The notes below the pieces were generated by a model that saw only the letters and a list, made by a program, of their open reading frames with translations, ran no database searches and was not told the origin of the DNA. Below, one piece after another: positions 8,910 through 18,222 of a stretch of 64,000 nt of DNA (position 1 is the stretch's first letter; each line of letters starts with the position of its first letter). Position numbers and translations under genes: made by a program. This DNA comes from Candidatus Bathyarchaeota archaeon (GTDB lineage: Archaea > Thermoproteota > Bathyarchaeia > Bathyarchaeales > Bathycorpusculaceae): NCBI GenBank assembly GCA_963772455.1, contig CAVYXJ010000011.1, positions 1 through 64,000 of the forward strand, in the 5' to 3' direction.

Positions 8910-11090
8910 TTATACATGTAGGAACAGAAGTAACATATCGATTAATTTGATTCCAATGAACGGAACTATGATGCCGCCAACCCCATAAATCAAAGTGTTT
9001 CGCAAGAAAAGCGTCATGGTATCAGACGGCTTAAACGCTATACCCCGCATCGCCAACGGGATGAGGAGCGGAATGATGATTGCATTGAATATTAAAGCTG
9101 ACAACACGGCAGTATGTAAACCGAGGCTGAGCACATTTAGGGCTTGCAGCTGTGGAACTGCAGCAGCAAATAGTACGGGCATTATTGCGAAGTATTTAGC
9201 TACATCATTAGCAATGCTAAAAGTTGTGACGGCGCCACGGGTCATCAACAATTGTTTACCAAGAAGAACAACATCGATAATTTTTGCAGGGTTCGATTCG
9301 AGATCAACCATGTTTGCAGCTTCTTTAGCTGCCTGAGTGCCCGAAGTCATCGCGAGACCTACATCTGCTTTTGCTAATGCAGGAGCATCGTTAGTGCCAT
9401 CGCCTATCATAGCCACGATCCTTGTTTGTGCCTGCTCTTTTATGACAATGCTGTATTTGTCTTCAGGTTTTGCTTGAGGCACATATTCTTCTATTTCAAC
9501 TTCTGAGGCGATGCTTTTAGCAGTAAGCGGCTGGTCTCCAGTTATCATAACAGGTCTTATACCCATGAGTTTAATGGAATGGATTTTCTCTTTGATGCCT
9601 GGTTTTAGGACATCTTTCAACCGGATCATTCCGATTGCTTCGCCGTTTCGCGCTAGAGCAATTGGGGTGTCGCCTGCAGCGGAAATGCTTTCTGCAGTGC
9701 TGGTAAAGTCTGAAGGCGGCGCCTCAACAAGGGCAAGGATGGCATTGGGAGAACCCTTCATCACTATAATCTCCGACTCAAGACTTGAACTTGCTTCCTC
9801 TCCGAGAACTGTGTCCGCGAATTTTCGACTAAACCTGCCATGTTCTCTTCCGCCTTTCTCGCCCTTTGGAAGCATAAATCCAGAACTTCTAGCTATCTTA
9901 ACCCCACTTGTTCGTGTTTCCGCAGAGAATGGATAAACTTCTGCAAGAGCCAGAGAATTCAATTCCTCAGGGATGAAACCTTTTTCAGAAGCAAGTCTTA
10001 TGATGCTGCGTCCTTCAGGAGTATCATCGTGCCATGAGGAAAGAAAAGCTGCTTCGCCTACGTCTTGTTCAGTGCAGTCGTTAAATGCGGTGAATTCTAT
10101 TGCCTGCCTGTTTCCAACTGTGATAGTTCCTGTTTTGTCCAAGAGAATTACGTCTACATCACCTGCCGTTTCAATAGCTCTGCCTGATTTTGCAACAATC
10201 TTTCTCTTGTACAGTCTGGATATGCCTGAAAGCCCAATTGCTGGCAAAAGGGCACCTATTGTTGTAGGCAGAAGACAGACGTATAGTGCAATTAGAACTG
10301 ATAAGTCACCCTGAAGATGAAGAACTACAGAAAGCCCAAGCAGGGAAACAATAATTATTGAAAATATAGCTGTTAAACCGATTAGTATTGTAGTGATTGC
10401 CTGCTCGTTAGGGGTCTTGGGTCGTTTAGAGGACTCAACCATTTTTATCATCTGGTTGATGTAGCTCTCATCTGGGTTTACAGTCACCTTTGCAGTTAAG
10501 GTATCGCTGATTATTCTTGAGCCACCAATTAACATGTCGCCTGGCGCCTTACGGACAGGAACCGATTCGCCCGTAAGAAGAGATTCATCAACCATAGCTA
10601 TCCCTTCAAGCACCTCAGCATCCGAAGGTATCATATCGTTCGTCTCTAGCAGAATTAAATCACCTTTTTGCAATGCTTTGGATGAAATGGAAACTGTTTT
10701 TCTTGACCACCCCTCAGTTACAATTTTTTTGGCATGAACTTCAGTCTCAAGCTTTCGAAGGCTACTAGCCGTGTTTTTTGCCTGTTTCTCAGCAAGAGCA
10801 TCAGAGAGGGTACTAAACCATACGGTTACTATGAGAATCACCGCAACTGTCGCATAAAATGGTCTTTGGCTGAGGGCTGCAACAGGATAGAATCCCTGAG
10901 GATATATTGCCATTGCTAAAACAATAAAGAATGTGCACTCAACTAGGAACATGACAGGGTTTGCAATCAGAGACCGCGGATTCAGCCGTACAAACGAATC
11001 CAATAATACTTTCCCAGTTAAGACCGAGGCTTTCCGCTCCGGAACGACACTTCTACCTAATGTTTCTTCGGGAGTTTTAGCCAAATCCAT
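8910..11090 (-). CDS. kdpB: K+-transporting P-type ATPase subunit B
   Basis: NPVMF, TGES, KTPNE, CLLPTTIG, DKTGTIT, GDGTNDAPAL and FSIANDVAKYF motifs. Confidence 0.96.
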   Translation of the reverse strand: MDLAKTPEETLGRSVVPERKASVLTGKVLLDSFVRLNPRSLIANPVMFLVECTFFIVLAMAIYPQGFYPVAALSQRPFYATVAVILIVTVWFSTLSDALAEKQAKNTASSLRKLETEVHAKKIVTEGWSRKTVSISSKALQKGDLILLETNDMIPSDAEVLEGIAMVDESLLTGESVPVRKAPGDMLIGGSRIISDTLTAKVTVNPDESYINQMIKMVESSKRPKTPNEQAITTILIGLTAIFSIIIVSLLGLSVVLHLQGDLSVLIALYVCLLPTTIGALLPAIGLSGISRLYKRKIVAKSGRAIETAGDVDVILLDKTGTITVGNRQAIEFTAFNDCTEQDVGEAAFLSSWHDDTPEGRSIIRLASEKGFIPEELNSLALAEVYPFSAETRTSGVKIARSSGFMLPKGEKGGREHGRFSRKFADTVLGEEASSSLESEIIVMKGSPNAILALVEAPPSDFTSTAESISAAGDTPIALARNGEAIGMIRLKDVLKPGIKEKIHSIKLMGIRPVMITGDQPLTAKSIASEVEIEEYVPQAKPEDKYSIVIKEQAQTRIVAMIGDGTNDAPALAKADVGLAMTSGTQAAKEAANMVDLESNPAKIIDVVLLGKQLLMTRGAVTTFSIANDVAKYFAIMPVLFAAAVPQLQALNVLSLGLHTAVLSALIFNAIIIPLLIPLAMRGIAFKPSDTMTLFLRNTLIYGVGGIIVPFIGIKLIDMLLLFLHV

Positions 11091-12732
11091 TCACCAGTCC
11101 TTTGAAAAATGATAGAATCGGTCCTAAAGCAAGAAAGGGAAAGAACGTTAGCACGACCACAATGAGAATGCTTACGATGAGCACGATGGAGAATATTGGG
11201 CTGTCTGTTTTGAGACCAGCTTCGCTGCTGCGTTTTCTTCCAATCATCGAACCTGCTAGAGCGAGCAATAATAGAATTGGAAGGTAGCGACCTAGAAACA
11301 TTACAATGCCTGTTGAGATGTTGAAGAAGGGTGTGTTAGCTGAGGCACCTAGAAAATCTGACCCATTATTTGCTGCACTAGTTGTAAATTCCCAAAGTAT
11401 CTGAGTGAAACCAACAGAGTTAGTGCTTACTCCAATTGCACTTGCCGCTCCAGTTGCATAAGCTAAAACCGTTGGAATAAGAATTATTATAGGGTGAATT
11501 AGAAACGCAATCATAACAAGCTTCACGTCGCGTCCTCTAATTTTAATTCCTAAATACTCAGGGGTTCTGCCAGACATCAGTCCAACGAGAAAAACGGTGA
11601 TGATTATGTACATTAGCATGTACATCAACCCTACACCTTTGCCGCCTGGCGTTGCTTGAGTTAGCATACCCATGAAGCCTGAAAGAACATTGAGCGGGTT
11701 CATGGCTGATAGTGAGGCGTTTACGGAACCTGTGGTGAAAGCTGTCGTTGTTGTTGTCCAGAAAGCGGAAAAGAACCCGCCTATTCTTGTTTCGATACCA
11801 GCACCAGAAGGAAGGTTTTGAAGGAACCCGATAATGAGGTTTATTGAAAAGAGTCCGTATGCACCTATGAGGATGGGTCTGGATTCTTTTTTCTTTCCAA
11901 GCAATCGACCGAATGCAAATATCAACGTTGTCGGCAGGATCATCATTAGGAACATTTCAAAAATGTTTGATATTGGGCTGGGGTTCATGAATGGGTGGGC
12001 AGCGTTGGCTCCGAAGTATCCGCCGCCGTTGGTTCCTATCTGCATAATGGATACAAGTGAAGCAACAGGCCCAACAAGAATTGTCTGCGCTGTCCCCTCT
12101 AAAGTTTGAACTAAAGAATACGCATTCAAGGTCTGAGGAACCCCGAGTGCAACTAACACCAATGATGCGACCAAGCATAAGGGAAGAAAAATCCGAGTAA
12201 GGGACCGAACAAAATCAACGTGGAAGTTACCGAGGTCTTTAGAGTTGGAGATGAAACCTCGCACCATTGCGATGGCGACGCAAAGTCCAGTTATTGCTGA
12301 GGTGAATTGGAGGAACTGAATTGCACCCATTTGGCTAAAAATGGAGAGCGTGGTTTCTCCATTGTAATGTTGCAGGTTAGTGTTCGTGCCAAAGGATATT
12401 ACCGTATGAAATGCTAAGTCCAACGAAAGCCCCGGAAAGCCTTGAGGATTAAGCGGCAGCTTATCCTGAAAAACAAGAATCACAAAAGCTACAGCCATCT
12501 GCAAAACATTTAGAAATAAAGCAGAATAGAAGTACCGTTTCCAACCCATTCCACAATTGGGGTCAACTCCGCAGATTTTGTAGATCCAATTCTCTACTGG
12601 ATTCAGAATGCGGTCAATACGACTGGGGGCTCGGCTGAATACTTTGGTAAGGTAAGGAGCTAGACGCCACCCTAACAGAATCGTTATGACAATGAGAAGA
12701 ATTACAGTTAACGCCTGAAGGGGATCTATCAA
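11077..12732 (-). CDS. kdpA: K+-transporting ATPase subunit A
   Basis: Filter segments TNTNLQHY, GTNGGG, TTGSVN and ANNGS; GLMSGRTPEYLG. Confidence 0.95.
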   Translation of the reverse strand: MIDPLQALTVILLIVITILLGWRLAPYLTKVFSRAPSRIDRILNPVENWIYKICGVDPNCGMGWKRYFYSALFLNVLQMAVAFVILVFQDKLPLNPQGFPGLSLDLAFHTVISFGTNTNLQHYNGETTLSIFSQMGAIQFLQFTSAITGLCVAIAMVRGFISNSKDLGNFHVDFVRSLTRIFLPLCLVASLVLVALGVPQTLNAYSLVQTLEGTAQTILVGPVASLVSIMQIGTNGGGYFGANAAHPFMNPSPISNIFEMFLMMILPTTLIFAFGRLLGKKKESRPILIGAYGLFSINLIIGFLQNLPSGAGIETRIGGFFSAFWTTTTTAFTTGSVNASLSAMNPLNVLSGFMGMLTQATPGGKGVGLMYMLMYIIITVFLVGLMSGRTPEYLGIKIRGRDVKLVMIAFLIHPIIILIPTVLAYATGAASAIGVSTNSVGFTQILWEFTTSAANNGSDFLGASANTPFFNISTGIVMFLGRYLPILLLLALAGSMIGRKRSSEAGLKTDSPIFSIVLIVSILIVVVLTFFPFLALGPILSFFKGLVNGFG

Positions 12733-12777
12733 TTTTTACAAAACCTAGGCTAATATGCCTCACCTTTATTGATTCAG

Positions 12778-13086
12778 TTACGGATTTGAAGACGCCGGAG
12801 TTGAGGTTGATTGCTCTTTAGCTTCGCATTTGCATCTTGATCCCTTGTGGACTTTAAGAACGACAGAACTAACGGTGCTCTTTACGCCTTTAATTTTCAT
12901 AATCTTATTCTTGAGAACATCCCTGAATTCTTCAATGTCGGCCGCTGAAACAAGCGAAACTATGTCAAATTCACCAGTTACTTCATAAAGTTCTTCAAGG
13001 TTTTCAAGTTCATCGAGAGCCGTCACTACATTGTCCATTTCTGACGACTCTACAAAGATGTTTACAAAAGCAAACATTCGAGACAA
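12778..13086 (-). CDS. Stand-alone Lrp/AsnC ligand-binding (RAM) domain protein
   Basis: YEVTGEFDIV...IKGVKSTVSSVVLK with no HTH. Confidence 0.85.
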   Translation of the reverse strand: MSRMFAFVNIFVESSEMDNVVTALDELENLEELYEVTGEFDIVSLVSAADIEEFRDVLKNKIMKIKGVKSTVSSVVLKVHKGSRCKCEAKEQSTSTPASSNP

Positions 13087-13122
13087 ATATGGTCATCTTC
13101 CTCAAGTGAGTTGGTAAGCGTG

Positions 13123-13473
13123 CTATATACCTTTCTTCAAGGAAAGAGGAGCGGTTGTACCTTTAATATTTATGTAACTTTCAGATTTGAGTCTTTTATG
13201 AGTTTTGAGAACCACTGTGATTACAGTGCTTTTGACACCCTTAATCTTCAGGATTTTATTATGCAAGATTGTTCGGAACTCTTCCAAGCTTGTGGCAGAA
13301 ACTGTCGAAACAATGTCAAATTCTCCTTTCACTTCATAAATATCCTCTACGTTTTCGAGCTTTGAAAGGGCATTAATAACTTGAGCCTTCTGAGTCGGAT
13401 CGACAAAAAGGTTAACTGAGGCTTCGAACCGACTGTGATTATTTGAAGAATCAATGGTCTCCATATAGGTCAT
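13123..13473 (-). CDS. Stand-alone Lrp/AsnC RAM domain protein, paralog of the adjacent gene
   Basis: YEVKGEFDIV...IKGVKSTVITVVLK. The start is probably ATG 13473 or 13464 rather than 13581. Confidence 0.8.
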   Translation of the reverse strand: MTYMETIDSSNNHSRFEASVNLFVDPTQKAQVINALSKLENVEDIYEVKGEFDIVSTVSATSLEEFRTILHNKILKIKGVKSTVITVVLKTHKRLKSESYINIKGTTAPLSLKKGI

Positions 13474-13731
13474 TAGAATCAGTAAGCTGGTTGAGTAGCT
13501 TTTGAGCTTTTTTGAGAAGTACAATGTACTATTTTGAGAAGTGGAGCGGGCTAATGAAAGATTAAACCAAGAGTTATTCACCTAAAGAGAATTGTCAGCA
13601 GATTAACTATTCATCTTGTGTTTGATCTTTTTTCATTGTTTTAGGCAAGGAAAATCGGGTTAATTTAAATTGGAGCGCAAACCAGGCATGGAGCTACAAA
13701 ACTTTTATACGATACTTTATGCTCAATAAAG

Positions 13732-14169
13732 TTGATGCCAACTGTCAAAGATTTTATGACAACAAATGTCATAACAATTGATGTCCAGAGAACCGTTCTT
13801 GAGGCTGCAAAACTGATGCATCACCAAGATGTAGGCGATCTTGTCGTGATGGAAGGAAACGAACCAAAGGGCATAGTCACTGAAAGAGATTTAGTTAGAA
13901 GGGTAATGGCACAGAAAAAACCGCTTGAAACCAAGGTCTCTGAGGTAATGTCAAACCCGCTAATAACAATCGAGGAGGACTCTTCACTTAGAGATGCTGC
14001 CAGGATTATGGTTAAGAACAAAATCAGACGGCTTCCTGTGACGAAAAAGAATGTGTTGGTTGGAATAATTGCTACTTCGGATTTTGCTCGGCACATTAGC
14101 AGAAAAAGTTTCAGCGAAGTAATGCTTGCAGTCATGACTCGATATCCCTTAGCCGATGATAGCCTATAA
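13732..14169 (+). CDS. CBS-domain pair protein
   Basis: VKDFMT...GIVTERDL...VSEVMSNPLITI...IRRLPV...GII. Confidence 0.92.
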   Translation: MMPTVKDFMTTNVITIDVQRTVLEAAKLMHHQDVGDLVVMEGNEPKGIVTERDLVRRVMAQKKPLETKVSEVMSNPLITIEEDSSLRDAARIMVKNKIRRLPVTKKNVLVGIIATSDFARHISRKSFSEVMLAVMTRYPLADDSL

Positions 14170-14184
14170 GTAACTTTCTCGCTT

Positions 14185-14286
14185 CTTCAAGAAGCCTCAA
14201 AGCAGAAAAGGTCAAGAAGCGAATGGGTAGAACTACATTTTGAAATCATGTTCTTCTACCCTCCCGAAATAGAAGCTAAACTTTAA
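14185..14286 (+). pseudogene. 3' half of the small RHH gene, copy 3
   Basis: Translates to QEASKQKRSRSEWVELHFEIMFFYPPEIEAKL*, homologous to the copies at 4286, 7761 and 17957. Confidence 0.7.
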
Positions 14287-14332
14287 TCAAAAAAGGAATT
14301 AGATTCTAAAGAAGTATCAGTTCAGTAGCCAT

Positions 14333-14584
14333 TTATCGAGAAGGAACCATACATTGGGTGCTGATAATCAAGTAGTCTTGGCCTTGATCTATTCTTAATT
14401 GGTGGCTCTTAGTGTAATCTTCTAGCAAGTTGAAAACAGGCTCCTTAGTGTAAGCTTCATCAGCTAAAACCACATAGCCCTCTGTTTCAGTATCACAAAT
14501 CCCCCACTCAAAAAATCCTTTGAATATCTTTGGATGACTAGCAGGAAATTTCTTAACGAGGGCTATAGCATCAGCAAAATCCAT
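14333..14584 (-). CDS. Hypothetical protein, paralog of 22190-22426
   Basis: MDFADAI...KFP..HPKIFKGFFEWGI.DTETEGYVVL is nearly the same as the 22190 ORF. Start set by that alignment. Confidence 0.75.
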   Translation of the reverse strand: MDFADAIALVKKFPASHPKIFKGFFEWGICDTETEGYVVLADEAYTKEPVFNLLEDYTKSHQLRIDQGQDYLIISTQCMVPSR

Positions 14585-14773
14585 AAACATTAACCTATTA
14601 CAAAATAGATCTTGGTGCAATGAATCTCTTAAACAATTGTGGGTAACAACAAGCAACAACTATCCTAACGGCGAATTTGAGACCTAATCATAATAATAAA
14701 TCAGCAACCAACCTTGCAATACATATCGTTCAAAATGAGTGTTTCCTTAAAGCTTCAATAATTGAAGGTCCTT

Positions 14774-16690
14774 TTACTTTTTAGTTTTGAGAAGAGGTAA
14801 ACGCACAATGAAAGTTGTTCCTTTGCCCTCTTGGCTCTCAAAAGAAACGGTGCCACCTAAAGCTTCAGTCATGCGCTTAATAACGGCTAAGCCAAAGCCC
14901 TGACCCTTAGACTTTGTAGTAAACATAGGTGTAAACAATTTGCCTTTCACTGCTTCAGGAATGCCAACGCCCGTATCTTTAACAGATATGATGGTATCTT
15001 TTGCGTCTTTGTATGTTCGAATAGTTAGATTGCCGCCTTGTGGCATTGCTTGAACAGCATTATTCACCAAATTATACATGATGCGGCTAATGAAAGTTGA
15101 GTCAGCAACAACTTTTTCAGTTTCGACATTAACAGTAACTTTAACGTTTTTGGGCAAATTATTTTTAGTTAATAAGTCATCGATTACACGTTTTAGGTCT
15201 GTTTCTTCTACACGAGGGTTAAGTGGTCTTGCGAAGTCTTGCAGGTCAGCCACAATCTTGTTAATGTAATCAACGTTCTTCTCAATTTCTGTAAGACTTT
15301 CTTCAATGCTTTTTTTCTCATCACTCGCAGGAGTTGAAGCCAACTCTGTCTTAGCCAAATAAAGGTCGCCAGTTATAGCCTGCAATGGATTGCGAATATC
15401 ATGACCAACCATACCTGCAGTCGCACCAATAGCGGCTAAACGTTCAGAATCCTTTAGTTGTCTAGTGCGTTCTTCAACCAAATTCTCCAAATGCGCACTA
15501 TATTCTTCAAGCCTTAGCTCCATTTCTTTGCGTTCACTAATATCATGAAAGACAAGTACAACACCTGTAACTTCGCCGTTTTGGTCTTTTATTGGTGCCC
15601 CGCTATCGTCAAGAGGAACTTCGCTGCCGTCTTTTCGAACTAAAATTGTGTGATTAGCTAACCCAATTATCATGCCTTTCTCAAGCACTTTGGCAACTGG
15701 ACTTTCAACTTCCATGCGGGTTTCTTCATTGATTATATGGAACACTTCTTTGAGCGGTTTTCCTAAAGCTTCTCTAAGAGTCCAGCCAGTCGATTCCTCC
15801 GCCACTGTGTTCATAAATGTCACAGCTCCAGACACGTCAGTGGCAATAACTGAGTCTCCAATACTTGATAACGTAGTTGCCCAGCGTTGCTCGCTTTGAT
15901 GCAGAGAAGCTTGCGCTTGCTCTAAGTCAGTTTTCGAGGCGGTTACATTTTTCAAGTCAGCCGTCATTTGGTTGAAAGCACGGGATAAATCGCTAATCTC
16001 ATCGTTTCTTTTGGCTTCTATAACGTATGATAGGTTTCCAGAACCAATTGTCTTGATTCCCTTTTGAAGTTCCGAGACCGATCTTAGTGTTTTTCGAAAA
16101 ACCATAAGGTAAATTGTTGCTAACAAAGCACCAAAAGTCACTACAAGAGAAACAATGAGTAAGATGTTTGTTTGATTTGTTTGTTGAGCTTGTTCGTCTA
16201 AGGAACGCGATAATTGGGTAGCGTGAGTGTTAAGGGTCTGGCTTTGAAGTGCCAAGTCGCTCCATCTGGTTTGAAACTCAGGGTCAATTCTAACGCTTAC
16301 ATTTCGAGGAGCATTCTGCAAGTAGACAATTAATTCGTTAAAAAGGGCGTTAAGAGTTTGCAGGTCTTTGGTAGTGGAGTTAACATGAATTTGTTGCTGT
16401 ACATTGTTGGGTTTAAGGTTTGATAAATCGTTAGATAGGGAAGAAAATGTGGTTTGCCATCGGGAAATCTGTAAGTCTTCTTGGTAGAGAAAATAATCGA
16501 TAGATACACTGTTTAACCTGCTTGCTCCCTGCTCGATGTTGCTAGCGATTGTTTTTTGGGCGTTAAGCTGAGTTATCTGCTGTTCCGTATTGGCTACTGA
16601 GGCGGCAATAATAACCAGTATTACACTAAAGACAACGATGCATATTGTGAATTGGGTTTTTATTTTCATGTTTCCATTTCCTCTAGCCAA
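14774..16690 (-). CDS. Membrane sensor histidine kinase (2 TM, HAMP, PAS, HisKA, HATPase)
   Basis: DEISDLSRAFNQM (HAMP), GHDIRNPL (H box), NLVNNAVQAM, DTGVGI and GFGLA. Confidence 0.93.
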   Translation of the reverse strand: MARGNGNMKIKTQFTICIVVFSVILVIIAASVANTEQQITQLNAQKTIASNIEQGASRLNSVSIDYFLYQEDLQISRWQTTFSSLSNDLSNLKPNNVQQQIHVNSTTKDLQTLNALFNELIVYLQNAPRNVSVRIDPEFQTRWSDLALQSQTLNTHATQLSRSLDEQAQQTNQTNILLIVSLVVTFGALLATIYLMVFRKTLRSVSELQKGIKTIGSGNLSYVIEAKRNDEISDLSRAFNQMTADLKNVTASKTDLEQAQASLHQSEQRWATTLSSIGDSVIATDVSGAVTFMNTVAEESTGWTLREALGKPLKEVFHIINEETRMEVESPVAKVLEKGMIIGLANHTILVRKDGSEVPLDDSGAPIKDQNGEVTGVVLVFHDISERKEMELRLEEYSAHLENLVEERTRQLKDSERLAAIGATAGMVGHDIRNPLQAITGDLYLAKTELASTPASDEKKSIEESLTEIEKNVDYINKIVADLQDFARPLNPRVEETDLKRVIDDLLTKNNLPKNVKVTVNVETEKVVADSTFISRIMYNLVNNAVQAMPQGGNLTIRTYKDAKDTIISVKDTGVGIPEAVKGKLFTPMFTTKSKGQGFGLAVIKRMTEALGGTVSFESQEGKGTTFIVRLPLLKTKK

Positions 16691-17702
16691 TGATGTCTAC
16701 TGATTCTGGTTTTACCGAATTTAATCCCTCTACGTAAATGAAGTTAATAAAATCAGGAACCAAAGTTTGGCTAGTGAGATTGTTTTTTATCATCCAACGT
16801 GCCTCGTTTTCCATGGCGACGACAAGCGATTGATCGAGGGAAAGTGAGAATTCGTTGCGAGCCCAAACGGTTGTCATGTAATCATCTGTGTAATTCATTT
16901 TTTTCTGCACAATAGCTTTTGCTTCATTGGGATGCTGAACCATATAGTCCTCAGTTTGACTCATAGATTTCAAAAATCTTTTTACCAACTCTTGATTCTG
17001 AGGAAGCCAGTCAGTTCTGCAGGTTATCAAACCATACAACATCTGCTTACCCTGCACCGCCCAAACCACGGCATCGTCGCCGAGTTGCTGGCGTGCAGTT
17101 TCAACATAAGGAGGAAAAGAAATCACTGCATCGACGTCACCGTTAATAACCATATTAGCAGACTGGGCGAGGGTAATGTTCACAAGAGATCACGTCAGAT
17201 ATGCTTAGACCGTTAAGTTCAAGAAATCTTCCAAGATAAAACTCCATCACTGTTCCCCTAACAACCCCAATTTTTTTTCCATAAAGGTCGGAGATGTTTT
17301 CGATCCCTCGGTCTTTTCGCGCAACGATGGACGCAAAATCGGTTTTTGCCACACTTCCAATGGTTTGTATATTCTGGTTGCCTAAAGCCTTGACCAACTA
17401 ATATGTACTCAGCGCACCATGCCATGTCTACCTCGCCCTTTTGCATAGCGTTTACCGCGTTCAGCCCAACGTCATAATATTTTAAGGTCACATTCAGGCC
17501 ATTGTTTGTAAAAAAGTGCTGGTCTTCAGCCACGAAACCGGGAGCTCACAGATTCCAAGAAAGTTGTACCCAAAATAATTGACTCTATCGGTCCAGCATA
17601 GGGCTTATTAAAATTGAGGTATACAAATGAACTTAAAACAATAGCTATAACCAAGATGACAACTGCGATGATTATGAACTTTCGTTTCTTTAGCGTTGCC
17701 AT
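16683..17702 (-). pseudogene. NrtA/SsuA-family ABC substrate-binding protein, split by about three frameshifts
   Basis: ATG 17702 (MATLKKRKFIIIAVVILVIA..., signal anchor) continues through ORF pieces 17258-17533, 17155-17397 and 16683-17183, which are consecutive parts of one SBP. Confidence 0.75.
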
Positions 17703-17887
17703 GTTATTTTGCCCTCAGAATTCAAAACTTACTACAAATGGATGGTTGTGCTCATATATAATTATCGATTAGAACCGCAAACACGCTTATTTCATATTTA
17801 GATGAGAAAAAGAGAGTTGAAGCTTGGGCACATTACTAAAATCTGTCTTTTTCACTATCCCCCCACGTATCAAAGGCAAAACCTGTT

Positions 17888-18122
17888 AGTGCCCAATGCC
17901 AACCTCGCTTTCTGGTAATATTTACAAGCGGCAAATTCTTGGAGGCTCAGGTTACAGTGCACAAACACCCAGTAAGCATAGCCCTATCAAATCGCATATT
18001 AGAGAAAATAGACAAAGAAGCATCAAAACAGAAAAGGTCAAGAAGCGAATATTATAGAACTTCACTTTGAGAATTTATTCTTCAAACATCCTGAAATAAA
18101 ACTTGAGCGACCTTGTTTATGA
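17888..18122 (+). repeat. RHH-associated dispersed repeat, copy 4 (leader plus RHH ORF from GTG 17957 with one extra base)
   Basis: Reads HKHPVSIALSNRILEKIDKEASKQKRSRSEY / IELHFENLFFKHPEIKLERPCL*. Confidence 0.75.
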
Positions 18123-18222
18123 AAACAAATTCTGACTGCTTTTAATGAGCCTGAAGTAAGGTTCGTTGATTCATGTTTGAAATTCATAACTCTTATAGTT
18201 ATTTCACTTGCCTTTCTATCTC

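Noticed and set aside
12733-12777. kdpF
   Set aside because: The 45-nt gap is too short for a ~29-aa hydrophobic peptide gene.
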